Positions 13,303 to 26,140 of a DNA stretch of 64,000 nt are shown piece after piece. Positions within the stretch are counted from its first letter, which is position 1. Every line of letters starts with the position of its first letter. The position numbers were made by a program, and so were the translations under genes. The DNA is from Hydrolagus colliei (lineage: Eukaryota): contig CM068750.1 of NCBI GenBank assembly GCA_035084275.1, positions 8,122,001-8,186,000 on the forward strand, read 5' to 3'. A model generated the notes under the pieces. The model was not told where the DNA came from, ran no database searches, and was given only the letters and a program-made list of their open reading frames with translations.

Positions 13303-16239
13303 TGACTGCTAGGCATGACGCTGATGGCAACGACAAATATTAAATCTGTCTTAATCCACCTTCTCTCACTGCCAATGCAGGCATTTTGTTCACATATTAT
13401 TCAGTGGATCAGTCACACTGTGCCAGAGGCTGATTTTAGTTTTTTGGCATCTCTTTCACTCTGCAAAATTCCAGCTTGGTCATTCAAAGCAAAAAGAGGG
13501 ACATCGCCAAGCTGTTTCTCTTTCAGAAACGCTCTACATCTGATTCATTGCAATCCCCATTCTCCCATTAAAAGCATTAATTCTCCTATTTGCAAGCTGT
13601 TTGCAAACTTCAGCCAGTGCTAAATTGTAACTACCCACCAAGCAATGGAATGCCTGGAGTTTCCCCTACTGTAGATTCTTCTTTATCTTTTTTTCTGCTT
13701 TCAATTCCCCCGGTGAGCTGGATAAGGCCAGTTACTACATGGCAAATTGTTGATCTACCAAAGGAACTCATATGGATGGGAGTTTTATCCAATTCCACAG
13801 TATTCAAGTTGATAGGTGTGGAATTATTTCAAAAATATAGTGTTTTAGCATGTGTTTTTAATCTCTTTCCTGTATTTAAAAAAACTGGGGTCCCTTTTAC
13901 TTGTGTTTCCTTGCTGCTATGTCTGCACATCAGGTAGCAGTTATACCTTGATACAATTTTCAATATTCTTTTTTGCCCTTTCTTCTCACGCACATTGATG
14001 TATGCAATTGCACACATCTGCTCACTCATATACAATCCAATGGGAGTATTCACACCCATTTGTTCATGTAAGAGAGCGCCAAATGCAACATGAGCAGATA
14101 CATGTCACCAGATTTCAGTACAATGGAAAAAAGTGATCATTGTACACAATCATTATACTTGACTGCAACTTCTTGTGAAGAACTTTGAGTCATATTACCA
14201 TTATAGGCACTACATCAAATGCATCTGATCCTGTGCTACCTTTCTAACCTCACTAACCCAGCAATGATGATGATATTTTTGGTATCAAGGACATTTGTTT
14301 TCTCGGCAGAACAATGAATCTGCCCCTTTGCAATATATCTAAGGCAAACGCAAATCTATTAATTTAATAACTGTATGAAATGGATGTTATTATTTTATTG
14401 TCCACCTATAATAAAACTAATTCAAATATATAAAACAATGTAGCTGTTTAGCCTGAACAGTGGGGGGTTTTGGCAGCCGGGTGTCGGACACACACAAAAA
14501 TCCATCACCATGCTTAGGAGTATCTAAACTAAGATATCCATGCATCCCACATATACATGGAAATCCCAGAGATAGATTGCACACTCTCTCCCTGAAGGGA
14601 TACATTCCGTTTATCTAATTCCTTTAACAACTTTTTGTTCTTCAAGCAAGTCTCAAGTCTGTTTTTTTTTCACATTGCAATTCCCACCTTATTCACTGTC
14701 ACTGTACCCCGCATACATTCACAGCTGCAAAAATGATGCCATCTGGCATCTTCCTGGGAGCGGCGAGTGAAGTGGAGCTGATCGCACTGGGGATCTTTTA
14801 GTAGAGAATTAGTCAATTGTGTAATGAGGTTGGGAAAACAAACTCGTAAACAGAACAGCACCAAATTAAAGTTAGTACAGAACTTGGAAAGATGCACTGT
14901 GGTTCAGCTGTCGAGTTTCACAAATGACCAGCGGCATTTCGAAAGCACTTTAACAAGTAGTTTCCAGAATCATAGGTAGTGCGTCTAAAATGTTCTGGTA
15001 TTGAATTTCATCGTCAGGTCCACAGAAACAGAAATTGTTGTTCAATTGCATTAAATACGGGTGGTTTTTTTTAAATCCTGTTAGTGATATGATTGGTGTA
15101 TAGAACTGCTGTTCCAAATGGAGATCATCTGCTCAACAAGATCAGAAATCCCGCCTCTCCAAGAAGCAAGATGAAGAATTTTACATTATCTAAATATTTT
15201 GAGTAGCCATCCCTACAAGATGGTGATGATTTGCTGGACCGCAGTACCTTAGCATTATTTTCATTTATTTATAGGAAATGCAAGTTTAATTGGAATAAAT
15301 GGTTATTGTCCTGTAGGTGTCAGAGGTGTGTCCACTAAATGCCCATAACCCAAAACAAATTATTTTAACCATAAAACCTCTCTCCTTGAATGTGCAAATG
15401 TACAAGGAATGCAATGGTCTTTATCAGACAAGGCTAAAAAGGCCAACCTTAAATACACGGAGTAAATAAAATGTCTGGCTAATGGAAGTTGCTCACTTTG
15501 CTTACCATGGTCTCCTGACACTAAAGTCTCCATTTGTATGTCGAGTTCCTTCATTGAGTACAATACAAGTTTTAGGTTTGGGATAAAATGGCTCTTTTTC
15601 CTTAATAGGAATCACTGAATTACGTCAAATAAGGTGAAACTTGACAAAGTAGCAAAGTTTTCATTTTCCTGTTAACGGAAGGCCAGGGAAACATCTGAAT
15701 GGAGAGGCTTGTCCTTCCAGACTATAAAATTTACATGTTTTTTCTTTTGAAATTATCAATAATGGAAGAAAAGGCTTTTTATAGACATGTCATCTCCACC
15801 GTGATCCAGGATAACCAGACTTCCTTCTGTTCAATTACTCCTAAAAAAAACAGCATTATGCAGCACACAGAATAGCTAAGCAAATATTCCCTTTAAATAA
15901 CCACTTCCAGCTGGGTAATGCCATTTAGCTGCCATGTACTGTGCAGGTCAATTAGGTTAAACACTGGTGATGATTAAAAGTTAGCTTCTAGAGTCAACAT
16001 TTGGGTCAAGTAGAGAGAAAACCTGGTTTTAGAAAGCAAGTAAGATCATTTGCAATTAATTTGTACTCTGTGTAATGCCCAGGAGATTTGAAAAAAAATT
16101 CACCTTAAAAGGGAAGAGGTTTAACTCAAAATCTTCAAATAAAAATCCCCCACTGGTAACCGTTTGAAACATCTTGGCCCCATAGGATTTAATCATTAAA
16201 TCTTCTGCAAAATCTTGTTGACAGTAATTGGTGGTGGTG

Positions 16240-16420
16240 TATAATAATAATCCTCTGTTTAAAATATGTTTGTCTCATCTTGCCATTGAGATATCCCAGA
16301 GCACTTATGTATGTAATGACTGTGTAGCGGTGTAGTGACTGTATTTATGAGCAATCGCAGCATCCAATGTGTACACATTTATGTCCCACAAACTGTCATG
16401 AAGCGAATGATCAATTTTTT
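16240..16420 (-). mobile_element. Degenerate Deu-SINE tail and core
   Basis: ataataataatcc...gagatatcccagagcactt...gtagtgactg...gtcccacaaactgtcatgaagcgaatga. Confidence 0.6.
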
Positions 16421-18774
16421 GCTGTTGAGTGGCTTATTACTTAAATCACCAAGGATGGGTGTTTAATTTCAGCCAAGATGAATGAGAAGACTATCTTTTT
16501 CTGCTGCCTAAGTGATTAGCTTTCATACCAAGTCAACTCTCAGTACCTAGTTCTCCATGGTTTGGCACCACTGCAGCACTCTCCCTTTTGGGTTCTAAAC
16601 ATGGTTGTGCTGGTGGGACAGCAGTGGGAAATTTTTCTTGAGGCTGTGAATGGAACCTTTATCCTGTATCCGATCTGTGATGGGCTGATGTGAGAATAGC
16701 TGGTCCAGACACTGAACACAAGGTTTGAAAAGCAATCAGCTCCTCTGCACTGGTGCTTCTCATTTTAACAAGGTTTTGCTTTCTCATTTCATTCCCCAAA
16801 AGAACTTGTTTTAGATTAGATGGATTAGACTGGTTTGTTTCATATCAGTGTTGGTGATTTGAGTGCAGATGATGTTTAGATGTGACAGCCATGTGCCTGA
16901 TGAGATTTAACGGATCATAGGGACAAGAGCACAAACCCTAACCAGGTGAAGTTTTGGTGGGTAATTGATGGATTATATATCCACATTGTAAATATGCGCA
17001 ACCTTTCAAGTGCATATAAATTATAGCTGGAGCCAATGGGATATATTGAAAATATTATATATATACTAATTCCTGAGGGATAACACCAATCTCTGTCATT
17101 CTCCTCTGTGGTCTGCGTAAAATGCATTTAGTAAAGGTTTGAGTTCAAGTAAATATTGCTGACCTTGGACCAGTTGGGAGTCATTGCCGGTGTAATTAAT
17201 TAACCTGGTGAGAGGGGAGTGATTGATAAATTCATTGATGGTGCCTCTGCTGTGAGTGGCAGTTTCTGGAAAGAAATAAGCTGTCAATGATAGATGTGCT
17301 GGGCTGTAGTCAGACAGCAATGACAACAACTGAAATGCATTCCAGGAACATAATGATTTTCTGCTCTTCCTGCTTATTTCACCTCTTTGGAAAGATTGAA
17401 CGTGTCACGTTGCTGCTAACAGAGTTCCCAGAGGTTCGGGCAGTTCATATACTTTTTTTATGATCTGTATTTTTTCCAGTGGCAAGCCCAAATCCAACTG
17501 GCATCTGACGTGACCAGATCAGAGATTACAGAGAAACTACTTTATTCCCAGGTTTAAATGAAACAGCAGACTCGAATAATTTTTCTTTTGCTCAGTGAGG
17601 GGAAAGTCTGCAATACAATACATTACTTTACCTGTAGGGAAAAACCTTCCGTGAAGCTCCAACAATAGGTCTTGGTATCAGAAAGAGTGTACTTTGTGCG
17701 GAACTATTTTGCTATCAAAATTAATAACCGCAGAATAGAGAACATGTTTGATGCAAGTATGCACAGTTACATCAAGCTGGTTGCTCTGCCGTAGCCTGGT
17801 GGGTTTCTCTACAAACATAAACATACACACTGACTGCCCCTCAGTAGTTTTATTGCAAATTTTTTGCACTGGTAACAATTGTTATCTGAACTGGGGGTGT
17901 GTTTAAATTCTAAACGTGTAACTCCAGTCTTAGAGGCTGTGAGTAAAATTAATTACTCACCACTGCATCATCCCCCACCCCACCCCCATCCACCTTCCCG
18001 AAGGACCATAAGGAACCTTAACTCTTCCAGAACTCTGTGATGTATAGCCTACAGATTTGATGCTGTTAACATTTGAAACACATACAGCATGAGACTGGCT
18101 GTGTAATTGGGTTCTGGGCTAATTTCACGTTTATAATGATGTTTCCAGTTTGATTCCTTGAGGTTTGAAGGATTTAATTTCCTTTTCTTTTTGTTCATGA
18201 ATTTAAAAAGAAAGGCTTTTGCTATGGACCCCTGACAACTGGGGAGTGGATTGATGTGCTGTAATGAGTTTAATTTAGGGTCTTTAACCACATTAGAAAG
18301 AGGGGACTTTTCTCCATCTGGCTGTCCTAGATTTGAGTCAGAAAAACCGCAGATGATAGAACAGTCCAAACGCCCACCTCCAGGTATTCCCCAAGCAAGC
18401 ATCAACAGAGTCAAATTTCAAGCAGCAAAATTGAGTGATCTAATTTGGTATTTATGTCAAAATGTTATTTCAGCCCTCAAAAGGTTCACAATGGAGACTT
18501 CTGCATCTAGAAATGGATGCAATGTGCATGGAATGGAAAGGCAACAGATTCAGGGCTGCAGTTTTGTTGTGCCATGAATCATTGCGATCATTCCCTTTTT
18601 AGTTTGTATCCTCACTTTGGGAGGATTTCAAGACACAGGGATTTCATCGCAGATAACCATTTGCTTAGCGTAAGTTCTCCCACTGGGAAAGGCGCTCTAT
18701 CTCATGAAAGGCACTTGATCTCAATCTTCGAAAATATGCATCCTATCATCCTCACATTACAATATCAAGCTGTT

Positions 18775-18960
18775 TCTTGAATGAATCTTCATTCCTGGCT
18801 TCCTGATAACTTGTTCCAAATAACAATTATCCTCTGGGTAAAAGAACCCCAAGCCTGTGCCCTCTTCTTCTGCTGTTTTGCATCTGAAAATATTGTGCTG
18901 GGTTTACTTTTTCAAATCCATTTAAAATCTTATACATCTCTATAAGGTAACCTCTGAGAT
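18775..18960 (-). mobile_element. CR1 LINE 3' fragment
   Basis: ORF 18827..19048(-) contains LRGYLIEMYKILNGFEKVNPAQYF...RRRGH, matching the CR1 ORF2 C-terminal motif (RLRGDLIEVYKI..G). Confidence 0.75.
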
Positions 18961-20699
18961 ACATTTTTAAGATCAATCGAGCCAGTTGGCATGTGATAGA
19001 TAATACTGTCAGCCAACTGGATTGTTTATATTGGATTTCCATATCCAATCCAAAAATCTTTGGAACCAGAAATAAAATTTATGATTTAGTTGTTTTAAAT
19101 TTCAAAGTGATTATTTTTTCTTCTGAGAGGTGAAGGTGTTACAGATTTAAGTGTTCAAGGAAAATACCATTAGGGAGAAATGATAAAAGCTGTTGGAAAA
19201 TGCTTGCTAGTAACCTTTCTGTGCATGCTGATAGTGTCGCGGTTCAGTAATATATGCTAAACATATTGGCAGATTCTGATGCAATTAACCTCTTTTGTGG
19301 GCTATCTTAAGCCAGAGCTACATGCTGAGATAGTAGAAGAGCAGTTTTATTAACAAAATTGGTTGCATTTCTTGCTGTTGATGTAATTTATATATTCATC
19401 CGATATTCTGTAAGCAGACAATCCTTGTGTCAATAACCTCCTCAAATATTTTCTTTATTCAAGCAGGAAATTCATAACACCATAGAAACTACAGTACAAT
19501 CTAATGCAGTATACAGTAAATGGACGTTAACGCCATATTTTCCAAATACTTGCTTCTGTTTTGAGCTCAAGATCCCTAACAGAACCGACTACCACAGAAC
19601 TAAACATATTCTATATAGAAAACATTCAGTATTCACGGCTGCCTAGATCTAAGTCTGAGTCCGATATATTTCACGATAGTAAAATGAGATGCTTCCAACT
19701 CAATTAAAATTCAACATGAAATTTGCCTCTTAGGTAGACACATCAAACATAACAATAGCTAATACTCTGAAATCCTCACTGGCATCTTTTCTGGGAAAAC
19801 TTACATTGGAGCGCTCAACTGCCAACTGTTCATTACTGACAGGCAAGCTTTTTTGGTGCCAAGTGGCTTGACTTTCAATGGGGGAGGACGTGTTCCAGTT
19901 TTCCATGAAGATGTTCAGGAATGTTATTAAATAAATTGACTCAGTGAATTCTTAAGAGGAATCTACTTTCTGTCCTGATGGAACGCACTACGAACCAGCT
20001 GTTCATTTTACCCCATCTCATGATGGATATTAATATGAATTGTTAAATCACGAGTGTCAGCTCTCGTTAGACTAACATAAGCGTTGTATGTTTCAGTGCT
20101 GGAAACAGAATGTAAAATATTGAATGCAGCTCTGTGGCGATCCATTATTATGGAGAGCTCTTGTAGCTGAAATGTCATACTGAGATTGTAACTGTTGTCG
20201 ACAAATAGGATATGTCACTGCAACGCCTTTATTAATGGGTATTATTTCCAATCTGATAACCAAAATTTTCTACAAATGACATTGAAAATAATCTTCTGAA
20301 AATGGAGAAAAACAAACTGTTGTTTGAACCCTGATGGCACTGCTTCTGGGCATTCAATTTGAAGATGATATTGGATCTAATGATATATTTAAACAGTTCA
20401 ACAATCTTCATTTTATTTAGGGACTGAGACTCGTCGTCAAGATTGCAGTATTCCTGAACACTATCCTTTTTAATTATCACTGAGAATAATTAATGCTTTA
20501 TCAACTGAAAATTCCTTAATGACAGGTTTGAGACTGAACCTCCTCCTAGCTTCCAGAGAAGAGTTTCATCCTCTGGCTTCACGCACACGATGTGGACGTC
20601 ATTTTTAAAAAAAGATGTTTAGAGAGCTGAAATTTTAATTCCAATCATTACATTGGCTTTTTTTTGTTTGAAAAAGTCACTTTTAAAATTACTTTTAGA

Positions 20700-20712
20700 C
20701 CAGCAGATGGCA
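20700..20712 (+). promoter_or_regulatory. CTCF-like motif (candidate)
   Basis: CCAGCAGATGGCA fits the CTCF core consensus CCASYAGRKGGCR. This is a motif match only. Confidence 0.3.
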
Positions 20713-21959
20713 AAAAAAGCACAAAACTCTTCAAGTGGGCCCAACAAAAGACTTTGTGATCTAAAAAATATAACTTTGCCGAAACATGCATTCATCCCGC
20801 AAGGTCAAAAACAAATAAATTAATTCACAGGGTGAACAGGCGCCCATTCGTTGGAAATAACTGGGTGGACATGTATGTTAAAGGAAGGGATTTAAAGTTG
20901 AAAGGAGTTTCATAAAACTGGGCTTGTTACATTCTCAATGGATATTATGTGCTGCTCAAATCAGTGAACAGCAATCAGGCAAGGTTGAAGGCAAGATTTA
21001 TAGAATAGATATTGTAAAGTTCAGCTAGTGGGGGTGGGGGGGGGGAGGGGGGAAGGGGTGTAAATGGTATAGTATTTGACCTGACTTGGAATTTTACAGC
21101 ATAATGTCTTGTGGGTTAGGAGATAACAACAATCAAAGAAGTTCATAGAGGTTGTGTTATTAATTGCAACCGGCTCATTTTGCGGAAACACTTTTTCTCT
21201 AAGCTCAGTTGTTTCTGCTGTCACTCTGGACGTAACTATGCCCCCACACTGATTTATGTAGTTAAATTAATGAATATACTGAGAGACTATGTAGGGTTGC
21301 TGACAGAAAGGGTGTAAAATGATTGGAAGAGAGAGATGTATCGGAAAATATGGGAACAATCTATTTGTGTTAAAGGTTAAAATTTGTGCATAATTCTGTT
21401 TGACATTAAGTGTTATTATTTTATTTTAAAAAGCACTCAGTCACATCTGGTTAAGACAAATCTTCTCAAGAAAGTACCTTCATATCTGGAATGATTTTGA
21501 ACCATGAGCTGTTTACAATTGCGCATCATAAGTCAGCGGGAGTGTAAAGTGCCTCTTGAGACTGTGCCCCATCACCCTTGTCATATGATAGGCTCTGCTT
21601 GACTATCTCTTACGTGTACGTTCTGTACTTCAGGCTTCCTTGCGTAATTGAACTGAAAACTATTCAGTCCAATGCACTCTGCATCTATTTCAGCAATAAT
21701 GACCAATGTGGAATGTCATTAGTTAGGGCAATGAGCAAACTAAACATGAAAGACTGGTTCATATTCACGAGATGCTGCACTGTGTTGCCCTGAAACAGAT
21801 ATGGATGCTGAAGCAATTTTCCTAATAGGATTTGCCAGTGCTGAATTAATAAATAAAATGGTACATTACACAGAGAGTGTACAAAAGGAAACATAACTTT
21901 ATGTCCTTTACAAACACATTGTCCTTTACTCCTTTCCTCCAGAGAACCATTTGCAAAAA

Positions 21960-22205
21960 ATAAATAAATAATAATAATTTGGTCGCTCAATCCATGCCTG
22001 TTTGTAGGACACTGATGTGCCAATTGGCTGCTGCATTTCACCCATAAAATATAAGCACTGCACTTCACTGTCAGTTTTATTATAGTAATAATCCTTGTAT
22101 TTGATATAGCGCCCAATCACATTGTTGAAATGCCTCACAACACTTCACAGAATATACTATAAGCAACAACCAGTGAATTCACTGTACATTTTGTGGGGAA
22201 AACAC
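21960..22205 (-). mobile_element. Deu-SINE fragments (a + strand core piece next to a - strand tail)
   Basis: ctgtttgtaggacactgatgtgccaattggctgctgcatttc (Deu core, +) is followed by taataatccttgtatttgatatagcgc...cacttcacagaatatact (tail, -). Confidence 0.65.
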
Positions 22206-23071
22206 AAAACTCAACTATAAGCACGAAAGGAATGGGAGTTGAACTTGAGAATTTCACTCATGAGTATGCCGCATGGTATACCACATAGCAGGCACTTGTT
22301 TATCCTTTAGGCTAGGCAATGGTGTGTGAAATGCAAGAGCCCTCTGCAAAGAGAAAAAGCTAAATAGAAGGAAGTTGGAAAGAAATCTCATAGAAAGTCA
22401 TGTCAATCGCCCCCCTCTCAGATGTCTCATGGCCCAGTTATAGTAGATGACATCAGAGTAATTGCTTGCTTTAGAGTGACTGTGCTTATTGAATGGCTGT
22501 AGCTCTTCCCAGCATTGGATGGTACTGTACCTTGTTACATAAACCACTTATAACTGAATCCTCTACACCATTAGCATTTCCCACATGTGAAAGCTGTGCT
22601 TCTCTTTCTCTAATTAAGTCAGCTTCAGTTGACTTCAAGACATTTGTTGTCAAATCACTTTATATCATGCTTCTAATAGTTTCATTTTTAAAAAACAAAA
22701 ACATTTCGATTAATTTCTGTATCATTTATCTTGTTCATTCGGCATAAGTATTCAGCATAGTATTTTTTAAGACGGCTGAACATTTGCTGCATCATTAGCC
22801 TCCACTTGGATGAGCCATTTAATGGTCCCAGATCTCTCTCTTTCCAGCAAGTTAACTTTCACGCAATGATTTGTGGCACATCACTTCCATATTTGCTGCA
22901 GTAAGGAATTTGTATGATATGATTTGCATGAATTTTTGCATTACCATGTGAGATCAGCAATACCATTTTTATAATATATACATATATATTATATCCTAGT
23001 ATGACTGGTCACATGCCAAATCTATTTACTGGCCAACTCAGCTGTCTTGACTTTTTGCTTGATTCATAATA

Positions 23072-23803
23072 CAGTAGAAGCACGTTTATCCGTGACTCGA
23101 TGAACCGGCACTTCCGTATAACCAGCACGCCCCCAAAAAAGTCCACGTTCGATAAACTGGAACATATCCGGAACAATAATGGTGGAGCATTTGTAAATGC
23201 ATAAATAATAACAGAATACTGTATTGGTACTTATTGTTAAAACTACTCTCTTGCGCTTCTCACTTTTACTGGTAGATGCTGCGCTTGAAGCCATGATGCT
23301 GTGGTTGAGGTTTATAGTCCAGTGATTCTTTTTAAAATGGAGGACTCCAAGCGGGTGAAAAAAACGGAGTGCAACTTTAAAGCCTTACTAGTGGCAAGCT
23401 GATAGTCCTAGCCGATAACCCACATTGTCGCGTAGGTACAGTATTTTGGCTTGCCGCTAGTAGAGTCTAGGGTTATCGGCTTGCCGCTAGTAAAGTCAAG
23501 TGACTTTAAAGTCGCGCTGCTGTTTTTTCACCCGCACGGCATCATCCATTTAAGAAAGAATCGCTGGACTGTAAACCTCAACCCAGTAAAGGTGAGAAGC
23601 GCAAGAGAGTAGTTTTAACACTAAGTACCAATACAATATTCTGTTATTATCTGTTATTATTTAGTCTGGTGTGTATGGTGTGTATTGAAAGAACTTTAAT
23701 TTTTTTGTGGTGGGTTTTTGGCTGCGGGCCGCCCAAATATCCGACCGGTGCTTTAAGCTGCAATGGCCAGGTCCCGCGAGTGCCGTATAAGCGGCTTTTA
23801 CTG
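23072..23803. mobile_element. Non-autonomous Tc1/mariner-superfamily (Tigger/pogo-like) DNA transposon with internal foldback
   Basis: TA dinucleotides flank both ends (23070-23071, 23804-23805). Imperfect TIRs read CAGTAGAAGCACGTTTATCCG at the left and CAGTAAAAGCCGCTTATACG (reverse complement) at the right. Internal inverted arms encode KRKRVVLT, a Tigger/CENP-B-type transposase N-terminus. Confidence 0.8.
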
Positions 23804-23874
23804 TATTCATATTTTGATTTCATATCATCTCATGAACAACAATATCTCAAGGCAATTCATATGTAATTGTCATC

Positions 23875-24350
23875 AAGTGTAGTCACTACCTATTCACAAG
23901 CACGCTGAGTAGCCAACAAATGCATCTCCAGGCCATGAAGCGAATAACCAATTTATGTGGAGAACTGTAGCCCAGGATATCAGGAGAAACTCTGTTCTTC
24001 TTTCAAGCAGTATCATTGGATCTTTGCATTATTAACACTTCCCCAGTTTTGCTGCAATTCCTCCCTTTGTTATGCACCGGCAACACCTCTTTAACCCATC
24101 ATCTTCTGTCCTCTACCCCCATTTTCTCTCCTCTGCTTTGCCCTCCTTGTCCTGCCTCACCTCTCTCTGTTCGTCTTTACAAGCCTTTCCCTCCCAACAT
24201 GCCTCAATTCTGATAAAGGATCATGGACCTGAAACGTTAACTTACTTTCCTTTCTCCATAGATGCTGCTTGACCTGCTGAGTGTTCTCAGTTACTTCTAG
24301 TTTTGTTTCATTGGATCTTTATTGTCCACCTGAATAGGCAATCGACCTGA
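23875..24350 (-). mobile_element. Degenerate Deu-SINE interrupted by a Penelope-like insertion
   Basis: The host reads ...cccaggatatcaggagaaactc...gtatcattggatcttt | insertion | attgtccacctgaa. Removing the insertion restores the catctttaacgtccacctga-type motif seen at about 6940. Confidence 0.6.
24026..24307 (+). mobile_element. Penelope-like element terminus with a hammerhead-like motif and a 13-bp target-site duplication
   Basis: A pyrimidine-rich tract is followed by CTGATAA-AGGATC-ATG-GACCT-GAAAC-GTTAAC...agatgctgcttgacctgctgagtgttc. TCATTGGATCTTT is duplicated at 24013-24025 and 24308-24320. Confidence 0.75.
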
Positions 24351-24369
24351 AGAGATTACCCATCATTTT

Positions 24370-24480
24370 GCAATAATAAAAATCCTTACATTAGATGTAG
24401 CGCTTTTAGAATCATGAGGACATCTTAAACCACTGCACAGGATTTACTGTAACGTTAAGTGACTGCGTTTTGTAGGCAAA
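24370..24480 (-). mobile_element. SINE 3' tail fragment
   Basis: aataataaaaatccttacatt...tagcgctttt...gaggacatcttaaacca...cacagga. Confidence 0.55.
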
Positions 24481-24638
24481 CACTCACAAGATGGGTGAAC
24501 GAGCTCCAGCCATCTATTGTGTAAGCTATGTGAAGCTTAGCTCAGCAACCTGTGTTGACCTATCTCCTGCCACAACATTTAAATTTTTCAGGGTTTAATC
24601 GAAATGCAAGTAACATTTATATTTATCCTTGATTCCAG

Positions 24639-24885
24639 GTGAAGTCAATGATAAAGATGTGCAAGTGGTAGAATTACCTATAGTTGACAGCCTACACCCG
24701 CGACCTCCATATCTGCCTCTAGCTATCCCTGAAGACCTCGCTGATAGATTAACGCATCTCCACGGAGACCCATCTGCTTGGTGGGTGTCACAGTTTGTGA
24801 AATATTTGATACGTCCCCAGTCTTGGTTGGAAAAGGAAACTGAAGAAGCAACGAGAAAACTTGGCTTCAAGCACCCAATCATAGG
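24639..24885 (+). CDS. FUT8: FUT8 coding exon (proline-rich segment)
   Basis: Acceptor gattccag|GT and donor ATAGG|gtagga. The 247 nt translate (G)[81 protein letters not shown](G). Phase 1 in, phase 2 out. Confidence 0.98.
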
Positions 24886-25163
24886 GTAGGAATCTTTCCA
24901 GTGTATTTGATGACTATGTATATTGTCGATTGTTTCGACAATTGCTTCTGTTGAATTTACATTGTGTGCATGATGGTGCTCTCAGAAACATTACTTAGGA
25001 GCCTAGAGGGCTGACCCGATTCCAACACCACACACATACACATATTCTGGTTTTGTGCAAAATCATTCACATTTGTTCCCATCGATGGCTACCTTAGTGA
25101 CAGAAACAGATCCGGAAGAAAAGCAAGCACAGGAGCTGAGCTGATCACCACTAAGTATTTAAG

Positions 25164-25527
25164 TAATAATAATAATTCTTAAGAATTCTTATATTTGATA
25201 TAGCGTTTTTCACATCTTATCGACGTCTCAAAATGCTTCACAGAATATACCGTAAAGTGAATTGACTGCATATTTGTGGGTGAAACACAGCTACCAATTG
25301 CACACAGCAGTGTCCCACAAATAGTCGTGGATTGAATGAACAAATTATTCTTGTTTTGTTTTAGCCATTACTATCCCCGGAAATCTAATCTACCAATCGA
25401 CTTAACAACCGGGTTCCTACTTACTGCTAGGTAAACAGAGGTGTGTGGAGTAAGGAAACTTGCCCAACGTTTTGCCTGCCAAGAATCGAAACCGGGTCTC
25501 TCACTTGCGAGACAAGCCCTGAGCTAC
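25164..25527 (-). mobile_element. Near full-length tRNA-headed Deu-domain SINE
   Basis: Tail (TAA)n...tagcgtttttcac...cgtctcaaaatgcttcacag, Deu core cacacagcagtgtcccacaa, and head ggagtaaggaaacttgccca...gaatcgaaaccgggtctctcacttgc. Colinear with 5586-5937. Confidence 0.85.
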
Positions 25528-26140
25528 GATAGGGGAGAACAAGTGCTTGTGGTTGCACATAGGTTGTTGTGGCATCATCATATAATATATGATATTTATG
25601 TAACATAATGAATTATTGCTACTGTTCATGCAAACGGTATTATGAGAATGGATAGATTTCCAAAAGGAAAAAGATTTCCGAAATAAGTCTTTCTGCTTCC
25701 AATAGATGGATCCCTTTATATAGCAAACAATATGGCGTGATGCCAACCTCATTGACCTAGGGAGCTTTTTCACCAGCAACTTTAGTTTGCTGGTGAAAAA
25801 TATATATCACAACCATTAGCATCCCAAAGGCACCATTATGGATGATGTCGTTAGGAACAAAGGTCTTCTAAAACGTCTTCCTATCCACAATAGTGACAAT
25901 CCCCCTTGAGCTCTCCCTTACATATGTCTCTATACAGTATTTTGTGCAAAAGCATGCAGGGCAATCTAAAATATTCCACAAAGCTGCAGAAATAATGTAT
26001 TTTAAATAGCCAAAGTTGTGTGAACCATGCACAACTTTGCTTTTTCAACAGTACAAGAAGAGGGTAGGGAAGGGTTTCATTTGCACACTTAACAATACAA
26101 ATGCAGTATGTTCAATTGATCATTAGTTCTTCAGATCTTT

